Under the pieces are notes generated by a model that made no database searches, was not told where the DNA came from, and saw nothing but the letters and a program-made list of their open reading frames with translations. The position numbers were made by a program, and so were the translations under genes. From positions 16,253 through 80,252 of the IMG/VR virus record IMGVR_UViG_3300005281_000068: 64,000 nucleotides of DNA; one strand, given 5' to 3'. Each line of letters opens with the position of its first letter. Position 1 is the stretch's first letter. This stretch comes from a virus. Positions 50,625 to 59,252 of this stretch are shown here, in pieces.

Positions 50625-51529
50625 TGAAATTATTAAATTTTAGTATGCCTTCTTTTGCTAGAATTCAATGGGTTTCAAAAGAAATAAAAGAAAAATATGA
50701 GCCATTACTATCAAAAGCAGCTAATGTTTATAGTGTTTTAGAAAAAGAGTCTGTTATACATGGAATGAGACACGTTACTACGGATAATATAGAACCGATT
50801 TATTTGAAAGATGCTCAGAATAATTTAATGAAAAAAGGTTTATTTTTCGTTCCAATTCAAAAAGTTGGTAATTTCGAAGGAGTAAATACGTATCACCCTC
50901 CAGTTGTTGAAGGTAAACCTTGGCATTATTATGGAGTTGTTTCTGACAATATTGAATATGCTAAAAAATTTATAGAATATGATAAAAGTTTTAATCATAG
51001 AGGCTTAGGCGAACTTTTAGGTTATCCAATTTGCTGTATAAATATGTTGTATGATGTTTGGGGAAAAGGATATACTGATCCAATTTGGCAACAAGCTGAA
51101 TTAATTGATGAAAAGTATATTAGAATTAAAGAATCTAATTTGATAAGATTAAAGAATATACCTTGGGAATCCAATACATTGTTGAGATGTATTGGAGTTG
51201 GTCCTATATTTCATCTAAAATGTTCTCATGTTTGTGAGCATACTTATAAAAAAGCAATAGATTTAATAAATTTAGGAAAACAGTTAAATGTTGATGGACT
51301 TAAAGAAATGGAAATGTTTTTGAGAATGCCAATGGAATGGGATTCATATAGAGGTATTGCATATATAAAGACTCCTTTATTTAGAATAGTTTGTAATTCA
51401 ATGTCAATAGTTGAAAGATATGTTGTTCAAATTGAAGGAACATATTATCCGGATGATGCTCCAACAAGAAATGAATTTCCTTGGAGTGAAAAATTAACCA
51501 CGATAGCTAGAAATGGTAATAAAATTTAA
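50624..51529 (+). CDS. Cys-motif protein of unknown function (DUF483-like GYPxCC), paralog A
   Basis: LGELLGYPICC, FHLKCSHVCEHT, MPMEWDSYRGIAYIKTPLF. Confidence 0.6.
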   Translation: MKLLNFSMPSFARIQWVSKEIKEKYEPLLSKAANVYSVLEKESVIHGMRHVTTDNIEPIYLKDAQNNLMKKGLFFVPIQKVGNFEGVNTYHPPVVEGKPWHYYGVVSDNIEYAKKFIEYDKSFNHRGLGELLGYPICCINMLYDVWGKGYTDPIWQQAELIDEKYIRIKESNLIRLKNIPWESNTLLRCIGVGPIFHLKCSHVCEHTYKKAIDLINLGKQLNVDGLKEMEMFLRMPMEWDSYRGIAYIKTPLFRIVCNSMSIVERYVVQIEGTYYPDDAPTRNEFPWSEKLTTIARNGNKI

Positions 51530-51534
51530 CGGAG

Positions 51535-52410
51535 ATGATAAATTTGGAATTATTAGATATTAAATTACATGATATATCTAGATTACAATATGCTAATTTA
51601 GAAAGTAGAAAAATATGGAGTAAAAAAATCAATAAAGCTTCTAGAGATTCAAAAAGAATTAAATTTAATAATTTAAAAAGTGGAAAAATTAAATGTTTGT
51701 TATGGGAAGTAAATTATGATAAATTGGATAATGTAATGAAAGATTTATTATTTTTAGGATATGTGGTTACTCCGTTAAATGATATAGATTTTTTAATAAA
51801 GAAAAAATTTAAAGTTTTAATAGCAAATCAAGAAAATTCAATTAAATTTTTAAATGCTTTAGAAAAGCAAGATTTTGAAACTTTATCTCAATTAACAAAT
51901 ATTCCAAAATGCTGTATCAAATTTAATATTGATAATATAAAATATTCAGATGATTTAATTTGGTTTCAAGCTAAAAATTCTTTGAATAGTGACTTAAAGA
52001 AAAAAGAAGCTATTTTTGAAGGAAAAATAGATAAACATTTTATTAGATTAAAATATGGAACTGAAGAATACAAAATATATTCTACATTTGAAAAACTTGG
52101 AATTGGAATATTAAATTATAGACCTTGTTCTTTTTCTTGTAAAGAATCTTTAATTGTGGCTAATGATTATATTAATAATGCTAAACAAGACAATGTAGAT
52201 GTTGATAATATATTAGATATATTAAAACTTCCTTTTGAATGGGATTGTTTAAAAGGGATAGCTAATATTAATACTCCTGTTTTTAAGTTAGTAATTAATT
52301 CTGTGACTTGTTATCCTAACTATGTGGTACAAAGAGAAAGTGATTATTATCCAGAAGAAGCTCCTAATGGTATAAAATTTCCTTGGAGATTTCCTTGGGA
52401 AAATAAATGA
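51535..52410 (+). CDS. Cys-motif protein of unknown function, paralog B
   Basis: NIPKCC, YRPCSFSCKES, LPFEWDCLKGIANINTPVF; aligns with paralog A. Confidence 0.6.
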   Translation: MINLELLDIKLHDISRLQYANLESRKIWSKKINKASRDSKRIKFNNLKSGKIKCLLWEVNYDKLDNVMKDLLFLGYVVTPLNDIDFLIKKKFKVLIANQENSIKFLNALEKQDFETLSQLTNIPKCCIKFNIDNIKYSDDLIWFQAKNSLNSDLKKKEAIFEGKIDKHFIRLKYGTEEYKIYSTFEKLGIGILNYRPCSFSCKESLIVANDYINNAKQDNVDVDNILDILKLPFEWDCLKGIANINTPVFKLVINSVTCYPNYVVQRESDYYPEEAPNGIKFPWRFPWENK

Positions 52411-52459
52411 TTGATTCTTTATTTATTAATTTGAAGTATATTTAATATGAGGTGATATA

Positions 52460-53635
52460 ATGACTTTAGAATTGAAACCATTAGGAAATTCATGTAATAT
52501 AGGGTGTGATTATTGTTATCAAGAGCCTATGAGAATAGCTGGTAATGTTAGAGTTTCTAAAACTTATGATTTAGATTTAATGATGAGATTAGCTGATGAA
52601 AGTAGACAAACAAATAACGGATATTCTTTATTTGGTGGAGAAGCTCTTCTAGTTCCAAAAAAAGATTTAGAAAAAATCTTTAAAAGAAGTTATGAAAAGT
52701 ATGGAATGTCTATGGTACAAACTAATGCATCTTTAATAGATGATGAACATATAGAGTTGTTTAAGAAATATAATGTTAGTTTAGGCATTTCTATTGACGG
52801 TCCTAATGAATTAAATAATGCTAGAAAATCATTAAATAAAAACATTAAAACTGAAGATGTTACTCAAAAAATTATAGATAATATTGTTAAATTAAGAGAA
52901 AATGATATACATTGTGGAGTAATTATTTGCGTTCATAAATTAAATGGAGTTGGAGATAATTTAAAAAGATTATTAAATTTTATTACTTGGTTGGGGCAAA
53001 TTGGAATTGTTGATGGTAATATACACATGTTAGAAATAGATTCTGAAAAAGCAGAATATTTAGCTTTATCAAAAGAAGAGAATACAAATGCTTTTTTAAG
53101 ATTAGCTGAATTTTTTGAAAAACCTGAGAATCTACATTTTAATTTTGAACCATTTAGAGAAATGAAGCGAATGCAAAGTTGTGATAACGAAATTGTGAGT
53201 TGTATTTGGAGTTCTTGTGATCCACTTAATACTCAAGCTGTTTATGGAATTGAAGCTAATGGACAATTATCTAATTGTGGTATGGTTAATAAAGAAGGTG
53301 TTGAATTTGATAAATCAACTGAACAAGATTTTTTAAGAGATATTATCTTGTACCAAACGGAACCAGAATTTAATGGATGCAAAGGATGTCCATATTTTGT
53401 TATGTGCAATGGATATTGCCCAGGTTCTAGTATTAATAGTGATTGGAGAAATAAAACTGAACATTGCGAAACATTAAAAAAAATGTTTCAATTTTACGAA
53501 ATAAAAGTTGAAGAAGAAGGTAAAATTCCTTTTTCAAAATATCAAAATAGAAAAAAAATAGAGGAAAAATATATAGAATATTTGTATAATGGTAAAAGAT
53601 TAAGTATCGAACAAATAATGAAAGAGGTGAATTAA
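52460..53635 (+). CDS. radical SAM/SPASM enzyme 2
   Basis: CNIGCDYC, FGGEALL, SIDGP; CKGCPYFVMCNGYCP...HC; clear paralog of enzyme 1. Confidence 0.93.
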   Translation: MTLELKPLGNSCNIGCDYCYQEPMRIAGNVRVSKTYDLDLMMRLADESRQTNNGYSLFGGEALLVPKKDLEKIFKRSYEKYGMSMVQTNASLIDDEHIELFKKYNVSLGISIDGPNELNNARKSLNKNIKTEDVTQKIIDNIVKLRENDIHCGVIICVHKLNGVGDNLKRLLNFITWLGQIGIVDGNIHMLEIDSEKAEYLALSKEENTNAFLRLAEFFEKPENLHFNFEPFREMKRMQSCDNEIVSCIWSSCDPLNTQAVYGIEANGQLSNCGMVNKEGVEFDKSTEQDFLRDIILYQTEPEFNGCKGCPYFVMCNGYCPGSSINSDWRNKTEHCETLKKMFQFYEIKVEEEGKIPFSKYQNRKKIEEKYIEYLYNGKRLSIEQIMKEVN

Positions 53636-53636
53636 T

Positions 53637-54323
53637 ATGGAAAAAGGTTCGGCATGGATTGATGGTAATAATTTATATATTGTAGGAGAAGATGGATATA
53701 TATGGTATTACACTGGAGAAGTCGTTGGAAATGCTTCTAATGCGAAACCTGGTTCGGTATGGATAGATGAAACGTCCGGGGATTGCATGTATATTGATTC
53801 ATCTAAAAATATTAGAAAAATATTAAGTAATGAATTATCAACTTTGCCAGGAGTTGCTGGTTCAGTTTGGATAGAATCTCATTTTTTAAGTTGGATAGAT
53901 AAAAATAGTAAAAAAAGAGTAGCTCATACTAATGTTGCTCATTCGAATTATACTCAAACATCTTCTCATAGCAATTCTTCAGGTAGACATTATAATAGTT
54001 ATACTTCTCATTCTAATTCATATGGGTTTCATATAAATAATCAACCTACTCATCATAATACAAATCCAACCCATAGCAATTATTATATTTATCATAACAA
54101 TGGTAATGGAAGTTACGGTCAACCATATCATTTGGACCAGAAGTATCATTCAAATACAGTAACTGGTTCTCATTCGAATTATGTTAGTAATCATGCAAAT
54201 TACTATACAGGACATTCAAACGTTCCATCGAGTCATTCAAATTATTCAACAAGCCATTCTAATTATTATGTCCCTGGTGTTCATAGTAATATAGCATATA
54301 AGGATTCTCCAAAAAGAGCGTAG
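53637..54323 (+). CDS. His-x-Asn repeat protein, putative substrate of the rSAM cluster
   Basis: Three GSxWI(D/E) motifs, then 16 HxN (10 HSN) and one HLD, mostly 7 residues apart. Confidence 0.8.
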   Translation: MEKGSAWIDGNNLYIVGEDGYIWYYTGEVVGNASNAKPGSVWIDETSGDCMYIDSSKNIRKILSNELSTLPGVAGSVWIESHFLSWIDKNSKKRVAHTNVAHSNYTQTSSHSNSSGRHYNSYTSHSNSYGFHINNQPTHHNTNPTHSNYYIYHNNGNGSYGQPYHLDQKYHSNTVTGSHSNYVSNHANYYTGHSNVPSSHSNYSTSHSNYYVPGVHSNIAYKDSPKRA

Positions 54324-54338
54324 AAAGGAAGTATATAA

Positions 54339-55529
54339 ATGGGTTTTTTATTAAAAGGTTTTCCAAAAGAAGTTAGTGAATATATAGAATTACCAGATTT
54401 TGCAGAGTTATTATCATACCCCATGTTTTTTGATAACGATATAGAAGATGTGTTTAAGTACGGTTCTGATTTTCAAAAAAAATTAATAGATATGACCCCA
54501 ATAAGAGGAGATAAAAAAAGAATATCTGTTCTTTGTCAGATTAAATTTATAGATAGTGAATACACATCTTGTTCTGGAAATTCTTACGAATTATTAAAAA
54601 ACAATAATCATGCATGGCATATAGATTATGAAGATAGAGATGGAGTATATATTTACGGAGAAGAAACAGATAGAGTACATTTATTAACTTCTCATAATAC
54701 TTGTATGACTGAATTTAATAGTAAAGATATAATTCTTGATTGGGACCCTAATAGAGATTATAACGAATTTCACAATTATTTAATTAACAATTATGATTCT
54801 ATAGGGATAGTTCCTCAAAAAATGCCTAGTAATAAAATTGTTACATTTACAAATCATCTTCATAGACCAACTCTGCCTAAAAAAAGAGAATTGAGATTTA
54901 TGTATAGAGTTGTAGAAACTGATAGAAAAAGACCAGTTAATAAATATCAAGAGAATGCTATTTCAAATATTATTTCTCCAGATCAAATGCATGAATATAG
55001 TGTAATAACAACCCCTTATAAGGTTTCTGTTTTTATGCCAAAAACGGTTCAACCTTATTTTGATAAAGATATTGTTGTTAATGTTGAACAGCAATGTAAT
55101 AATTTACAACAAAAAAATATTACACAAGATACAGAAAAAATAGAAAATATAAATTCAATATGTATTGATGATGTTTTTTTAGGTAAAGAAATAACAAATC
55201 AAGAATTAATCAATTATGTTAAAGATGAAGATATAGTATTAGTTTCTTATGGTGATTATGATGATAAAGAATCTAATGATAATTTGGTAAAATTCTTTGA
55301 AAACTGCGATAAAAAAGTAAAAATAATTGGACAGTCAAATAAAAAATATATTGGTACTATAATAAGAGATTTTTATTTACATGATGAAAAATTGGGTAAA
55401 ATATGCGGAAGTATAGTTAGGTTTGATAATGGCACTATTTTGAATGATGAATTTATTATAATGTTTGATGTATTTTCTGACTATCATTATTATTCAAACA
55501 AACCGTTAAAAGTAAAAGGAGAAAATTAA
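54339..55529 (+). CDS. 2OG-Fe(II) oxygenase-like protein 2 with C-terminal extension
   Basis: GFPKEVSEYIELPD N-terminus shared with protein 1; WHID...HLHRP...LRFMYRV. Confidence 0.7.
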   Translation: MGFLLKGFPKEVSEYIELPDFAELLSYPMFFDNDIEDVFKYGSDFQKKLIDMTPIRGDKKRISVLCQIKFIDSEYTSCSGNSYELLKNNNHAWHIDYEDRDGVYIYGEETDRVHLLTSHNTCMTEFNSKDIILDWDPNRDYNEFHNYLINNYDSIGIVPQKMPSNKIVTFTNHLHRPTLPKKRELRFMYRVVETDRKRPVNKYQENAISNIISPDQMHEYSVITTPYKVSVFMPKTVQPYFDKDIVVNVEQQCNNLQQKNITQDTEKIENINSICIDDVFLGKEITNQELINYVKDEDIVLVSYGDYDDKESNDNLVKFFENCDKKVKIIGQSNKKYIGTIIRDFYLHDEKLGKICGSIVRFDNGTILNDEFIIMFDVFSDYHYYSNKPLKVKGEN

Positions 55530-55963
55530 TGACTAAAATATATAATGTTGATGTTAAATTTTCCAAAAATATAGATAACGTTGTAATAGATGAAATATGG
55601 TATGGATATGATAATATATATTTTGGTTCAAAGTTAAAAGATATTTTAAAAGAAAATACTATATCTTTAGTCTCTTTTAATGAATTTAATTCAGAAGAAG
55701 AAAATAACGGAATGATGAATTTTATCATTATGATGAACAGTGAATTTTTTATTATTGATAGTGATAATAAAAAATATAAAATGGATTTAATTGGAACATT
55801 TTATGATATTGAAGATGAAGTACTTGGACCAGTTTTAGGATTTATATTTGAAGTTGAAAATTTTAATTTAAAATTAAACGAAAAATACACTTTTGAAGTT
55901 ATAAATAAATCTCAAAAATCAATTTCTTTACCAGAAAACTTATTTTTATTAAAAAACAAATAG
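55529..55963 (+). CDS. hypothetical protein, last gene of rSAM cluster
   Basis: Translationally coupled; FYDIEDEVLGPVLG resembles FYLHDEKLGKICG in the preceding C-terminal extension; terminator follows. Confidence 0.6.
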   Translation: MTKIYNVDVKFSKNIDNVVIDEIWYGYDNIYFGSKLKDILKENTISLVSFNEFNSEEENNGMMNFIIMMNSEFFIIDSDNKKYKMDLIGTFYDIEDEVLGPVLGFIFEVENFNLKLNEKYTFEVINKSQKSISLPENLFLLKNK

Positions 55964-56044
55964 ATTTATTCTATTTGTTTTTTTTGTTTAAAATATATAA
56001 GATTTTTAATAATATAATTATTATATAATATAAGGAGAATAAAA

Positions 56045-56695
56045 ATGAAGAAATTAAAAGATAAATCTTTACCTAATAATTTAGATTATGAAAAAGAGTT
56101 ATGGGATTTTGGTTATGATTTAATTTGCGGAATTGATGATGTTGGTAGAGGATGTTTTGCTGGTCCAGTTGTATGTGCAGCTGTAATTATGCCTAAAGAA
56201 TTAAGAATTGACAGATTAACTGATTCAAAATTAATTAATAAAAAAGAACATGAATATTTTTCAGAATTAGTAAAAGAAAAAGCATTAAGTTATGGAATTG
56301 GAGTTGTTGACGTTGAAACTATAGACTCAATTAACATAAAAAAAGCTTCTAGATTAGCAATGAAATACGCATTGGAAAATTTAGATATAAAACCTCAATA
56401 TATTTTAATTGATGGAGATGAAAAAATTGAAACAAACATTCCTCAAATATCAATAGAAAAAGGAGATTTTAAATCTCATTCTATATCAGCAGCATCAATA
56501 TTAGCAAAAGTATATAGAGACAATCTTATGAAAAAGTTAGATGAAGAATATAATTTTGTATATAAATGGTCTCAAAATGCTGGATACCAAACAAAAGATC
56601 ATATTGATGCTTGCTATAAATATGGAATTACTCCATATCATAGAAAAAGTTGGAAAACAATGAATTTGTTCAAGGAGATACAACATGAATTTTAA
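56045..56695 (+). CDS. rnhB: ribonuclease HII
   Basis: GIDDVGRGCFAGPVV, DSK, IDG, KGD..S.SISAASILAKV.RD, HRKSW. Confidence 0.95.
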   Translation: MKKLKDKSLPNNLDYEKELWDFGYDLICGIDDVGRGCFAGPVVCAAVIMPKELRIDRLTDSKLINKKEHEYFSELVKEKALSYGIGVVDVETIDSINIKKASRLAMKYALENLDIKPQYILIDGDEKIETNIPQISIEKGDFKSHSISAASILAKVYRDNLMKKLDEEYNFVYKWSQNAGYQTKDHIDACYKYGITPYHRKSWKTMNLFKEIQHEF

Positions 56696-56704
56696 ATTAT
56701 TGAA

Positions 56705-56975
56705 AGAATCTTTTATATTGTTGGGCGTAAAACCCCTACGCCTTTAGGCTAGGGGATGTAAGCCCTAATGATTAGCTATTGATTCGATTTCAGTTTTAAT
56801 ATCATCACCGACTTTTAATAACATCATAACCGAGATATTAATGCAAGTTTAAATCTTAAAAATGAAGCCATAAGGCTTCTAACCGTAGGGACTACGGGGA
56901 TAGCCTAATCAATTAGAGTTCGATAGAACTCTGTACTTAGGAATCCGCTATGGCTTTAGCCTAGTGGTAGTTCAA
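56705..56975 (+). mobile_element. non-autonomous IS200/IS605 miniature element retaining tnpB 3' end; left end approximate
   Basis: Left hairpin CCCCTA-CGCCTTTAGGC-TAGGGG; remnant HNRDINASLNLKNEAIRLLTVGTTGIA*; right hairpin ending GTAGTTCAA. Confidence 0.8.
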
Positions 56976-57018
56976 TATTATCAGAAAAATTGTCTTCTTA
57001 TAAAAGGAAAGAATAAAC

Positions 57019-57585
57019 ATGAATAAAAAAAATGATGAAAAGTTAAGCAGATTTATGACGTTTTTATTAAGACATAAATCCGAAGAGTATGGATTGCATA
57101 TTAACGAAGAAGGATTTTGTGATATTGATGAATTTTTATTAGTGGTAAAAAAGAATAATAAATTTTCCGATATTAATATAGAAGATATAAAAAAAATAGT
57201 TAGTAATTGTGAAAAACAAAGATTTTTAATTGTAGATAATAAAATAAGAGCTAATTATGGACATAGTAATTCTAAAATCAAATATAATTCTAAAATTCCT
57301 CCTTCTGTTTTATATCATGGGACATATAAAGATGTTATTAATAATATATTGACAGAAGGAATTAAAAAAATGAATAGAGATTATGTTCATATGTCAGAAT
57401 CAACTCGTTTCGCTGAATTAGCTGGAAGTAGACATGGTAAAGTTGTAATATTAAAAATAAATACAAAAAAAGCAATAGAAAATGAAATAACATTTTATTA
57501 TGCTGGAAATGAAGTGTGGCTATCTGATTATATTCCCCCTAACTGCATAGAAATTGAAGGTGATTATAATGATAGAATCAAATAA
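57019..57585 (+). CDS. kptA: RNA 2'-phosphotransferase (Tpt1/KptA)
   Basis: SRFMTFLLRH, KQRF, IRANYGHS, LYHGT, RDYVHMS, VWLSDYIPP. Confidence 0.93.
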   Translation: MNKKNDEKLSRFMTFLLRHKSEEYGLHINEEGFCDIDEFLLVVKKNNKFSDINIEDIKKIVSNCEKQRFLIVDNKIRANYGHSNSKIKYNSKIPPSVLYHGTYKDVINNILTEGIKKMNRDYVHMSESTRFAELAGSRHGKVVILKINTKKAIENEITFYYAGNEVWLSDYIPPNCIEIEGDYNDRIK

Positions 57586-57696
57586 ATTGGTAGATCATTT
57601 ATTGAATTTTGGTTGGAAGCCTAATGTTAATTTTATAGAATTTTCAATAAAAAAAGAAAAGAAGAATTATCACATAAAGATATTTTAAATTATACA

Positions 57697-57969
57697 ATGG
57701 TTGGTTTATATAAAGGATATTATTTTTTAGTTTCTAATTGTCATCAATATTACATGAAAATAGATAAAAATAATAAAATTAAAATCAATATAGGCGGAGA
57801 ATCTTCTATTGAAACTAATATTAATGAAGTCAAAATTATAGAAAATGGTATAAAAGTTGGTTGTTGCAAAATAGTTCTTAATAAATCTGGTCATTATGAA
57901 ACTAATGATGAATGGGATAATTTACCTATAACTTATGGACATTACGGGTGGAAAGTAAATAATTTATAA
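57697..57969 (+). CDS. hypothetical protein (5' end may be degraded)
   Basis: 90-aa ORF, terminator follows. Confidence 0.4.
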   Translation: MVGLYKGYYFLVSNCHQYYMKIDKNNKIKINIGGESSIETNINEVKIIENGIKVGCCKIVLNKSGHYETNDEWDNLPITYGHYGWKVNNL

Positions 57970-58038
57970 AAAAGATGATAATAATATCATCTTTTTTTAT
58001 TATTATTTTAACTTAAACTAATAAGGAGATGACAAAAT

Positions 58039-59148
58039 TTGAAAAGATTATTAAAAAAATCTTCATCTAAAGTAAAATTAATGCATGGTACTTCTTCATC
58101 TTATATAGATTCTATTTTAAAAGAAGGGCTAATACCTGTGGCTTTTACGGGGAATTTAATGTTTAATTATAATGATTATGGAAGAAAAGGAGAACCAAAA
58201 CATCCAGAATGTATATATTTAACTAATGATTTAGAAAATGCAACAAGATACGCAAATAACAGTGTTAAACACAACGGCGGATTTCCGTTAATATTAGAGG
58301 TAGAAGTTGATAGCGATGCTTTATCATGGGATGATGATGCTTTTTATAAAAATTATGGAGATTTTGATTTTGGGGAAAAAGATGGAGATAGATGGGTTAG
58401 AAAACCAAAAAAAGAATTGTGGCAACAATCTCTAGATATAAATATGCAATGTACTCATTTTGGTAAAATAGAAAGTAATAAATTCACAAAAATATATATA
58501 GAAGGTAAATGGGTATCTATTGACGACTTTATTGTTATATTAGAAAAATACAAAAATACGAATATTGAAGTTAATATTATTGAAGAAAATAATAATACTA
58601 AAACAAAAAAAGTGAAAATAAATTCAGATAAAATTATCTTTGATATAGTTAAGATTAATAGAATTATGTATTTTTATAATTTAAATATATTGAAAGAGAT
58701 AGATAAACATGAAAAATTTGCTATTAATATTAAATTTATGGAAAAATTGAAAGAGTTTATTGGTGAATTTGGTTGTAAAATTGTATATACTCCCGATTTT
58801 AAAAAATTAAACTTTATAGCAAAAAGTTCTTGTTTCAATTATGTTTTTGGGGCTTTTGAAATAGTTAGTAATGATGATATAGAAGATAAAATTAAAAACA
58901 CTATAGAAAGTTCAATTAAAGATGAGGAAAAATTAATAAATATTATAAATTTAAAAGCAAATGAGGAAGAATTTAATTATTTATATGATTATAGTGTTGA
59001 TTTTTCTGGAGATATAGTTGAATACTGTAGAAATACATTAAATTATAGTAATGAACAAATTATAGAAGTTTTAGAAAAAATTAAAAACAATTACTCTGAT
59101 AGTTATGAACAATTAAGTGCCGAAATTGAATACTTAAAAATTAAGTAA
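58039..59148 (+). CDS. ADP-ribosyltransferase-fold protein with basic N-terminal motif
   Basis: LMHGTS...ILKEGL.P...IYLT.DLE.ATRYA...ILEVEV (H-Y-type ART fold); MKRLLKKSS. Confidence 0.6.
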   Translation: MKRLLKKSSSKVKLMHGTSSSYIDSILKEGLIPVAFTGNLMFNYNDYGRKGEPKHPECIYLTNDLENATRYANNSVKHNGGFPLILEVEVDSDALSWDDDAFYKNYGDFDFGEKDGDRWVRKPKKELWQQSLDINMQCTHFGKIESNKFTKIYIEGKWVSIDDFIVILEKYKNTNIEVNIIEENNNTKTKKVKINSDKIIFDIVKINRIMYFYNLNILKEIDKHEKFAINIKFMEKLKEFIGEFGCKIVYTPDFKKLNFIAKSSCFNYVFGAFEIVSNDDIEDKIKNTIESSIKDEEKLINIINLKANEEEFNYLYDYSVDFSGDIVEYCRNTLNYSNEQIIEVLEKIKNNYSDSYEQLSAEIEYLKIK

Positions 59149-59204
59149 TTATTGATATGTAAGAGGAATCATTTTTTTCTCTTACATATCAATAATTTTT
59201 TTTT
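59148..59204 (+). terminator. long-stem terminator
   Basis: AATTATTGATATGTAAGAG/CTCTTACATATCAATAATT perfect inverted repeat plus T-tract. Confidence 0.7.
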
Positions 59205-59252
59205 ATTTTAATTGTATTATGTAAACAAATGTTTCAATTTTGGAGGTGGAAT

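Noticed and set aside
53925..54290. CRISPR-like or DNA tandem repeat
   Set aside because: Periodicity is at amino-acid level with variable codons; no repeat-spacer structure. No CRISPR array seen in the window
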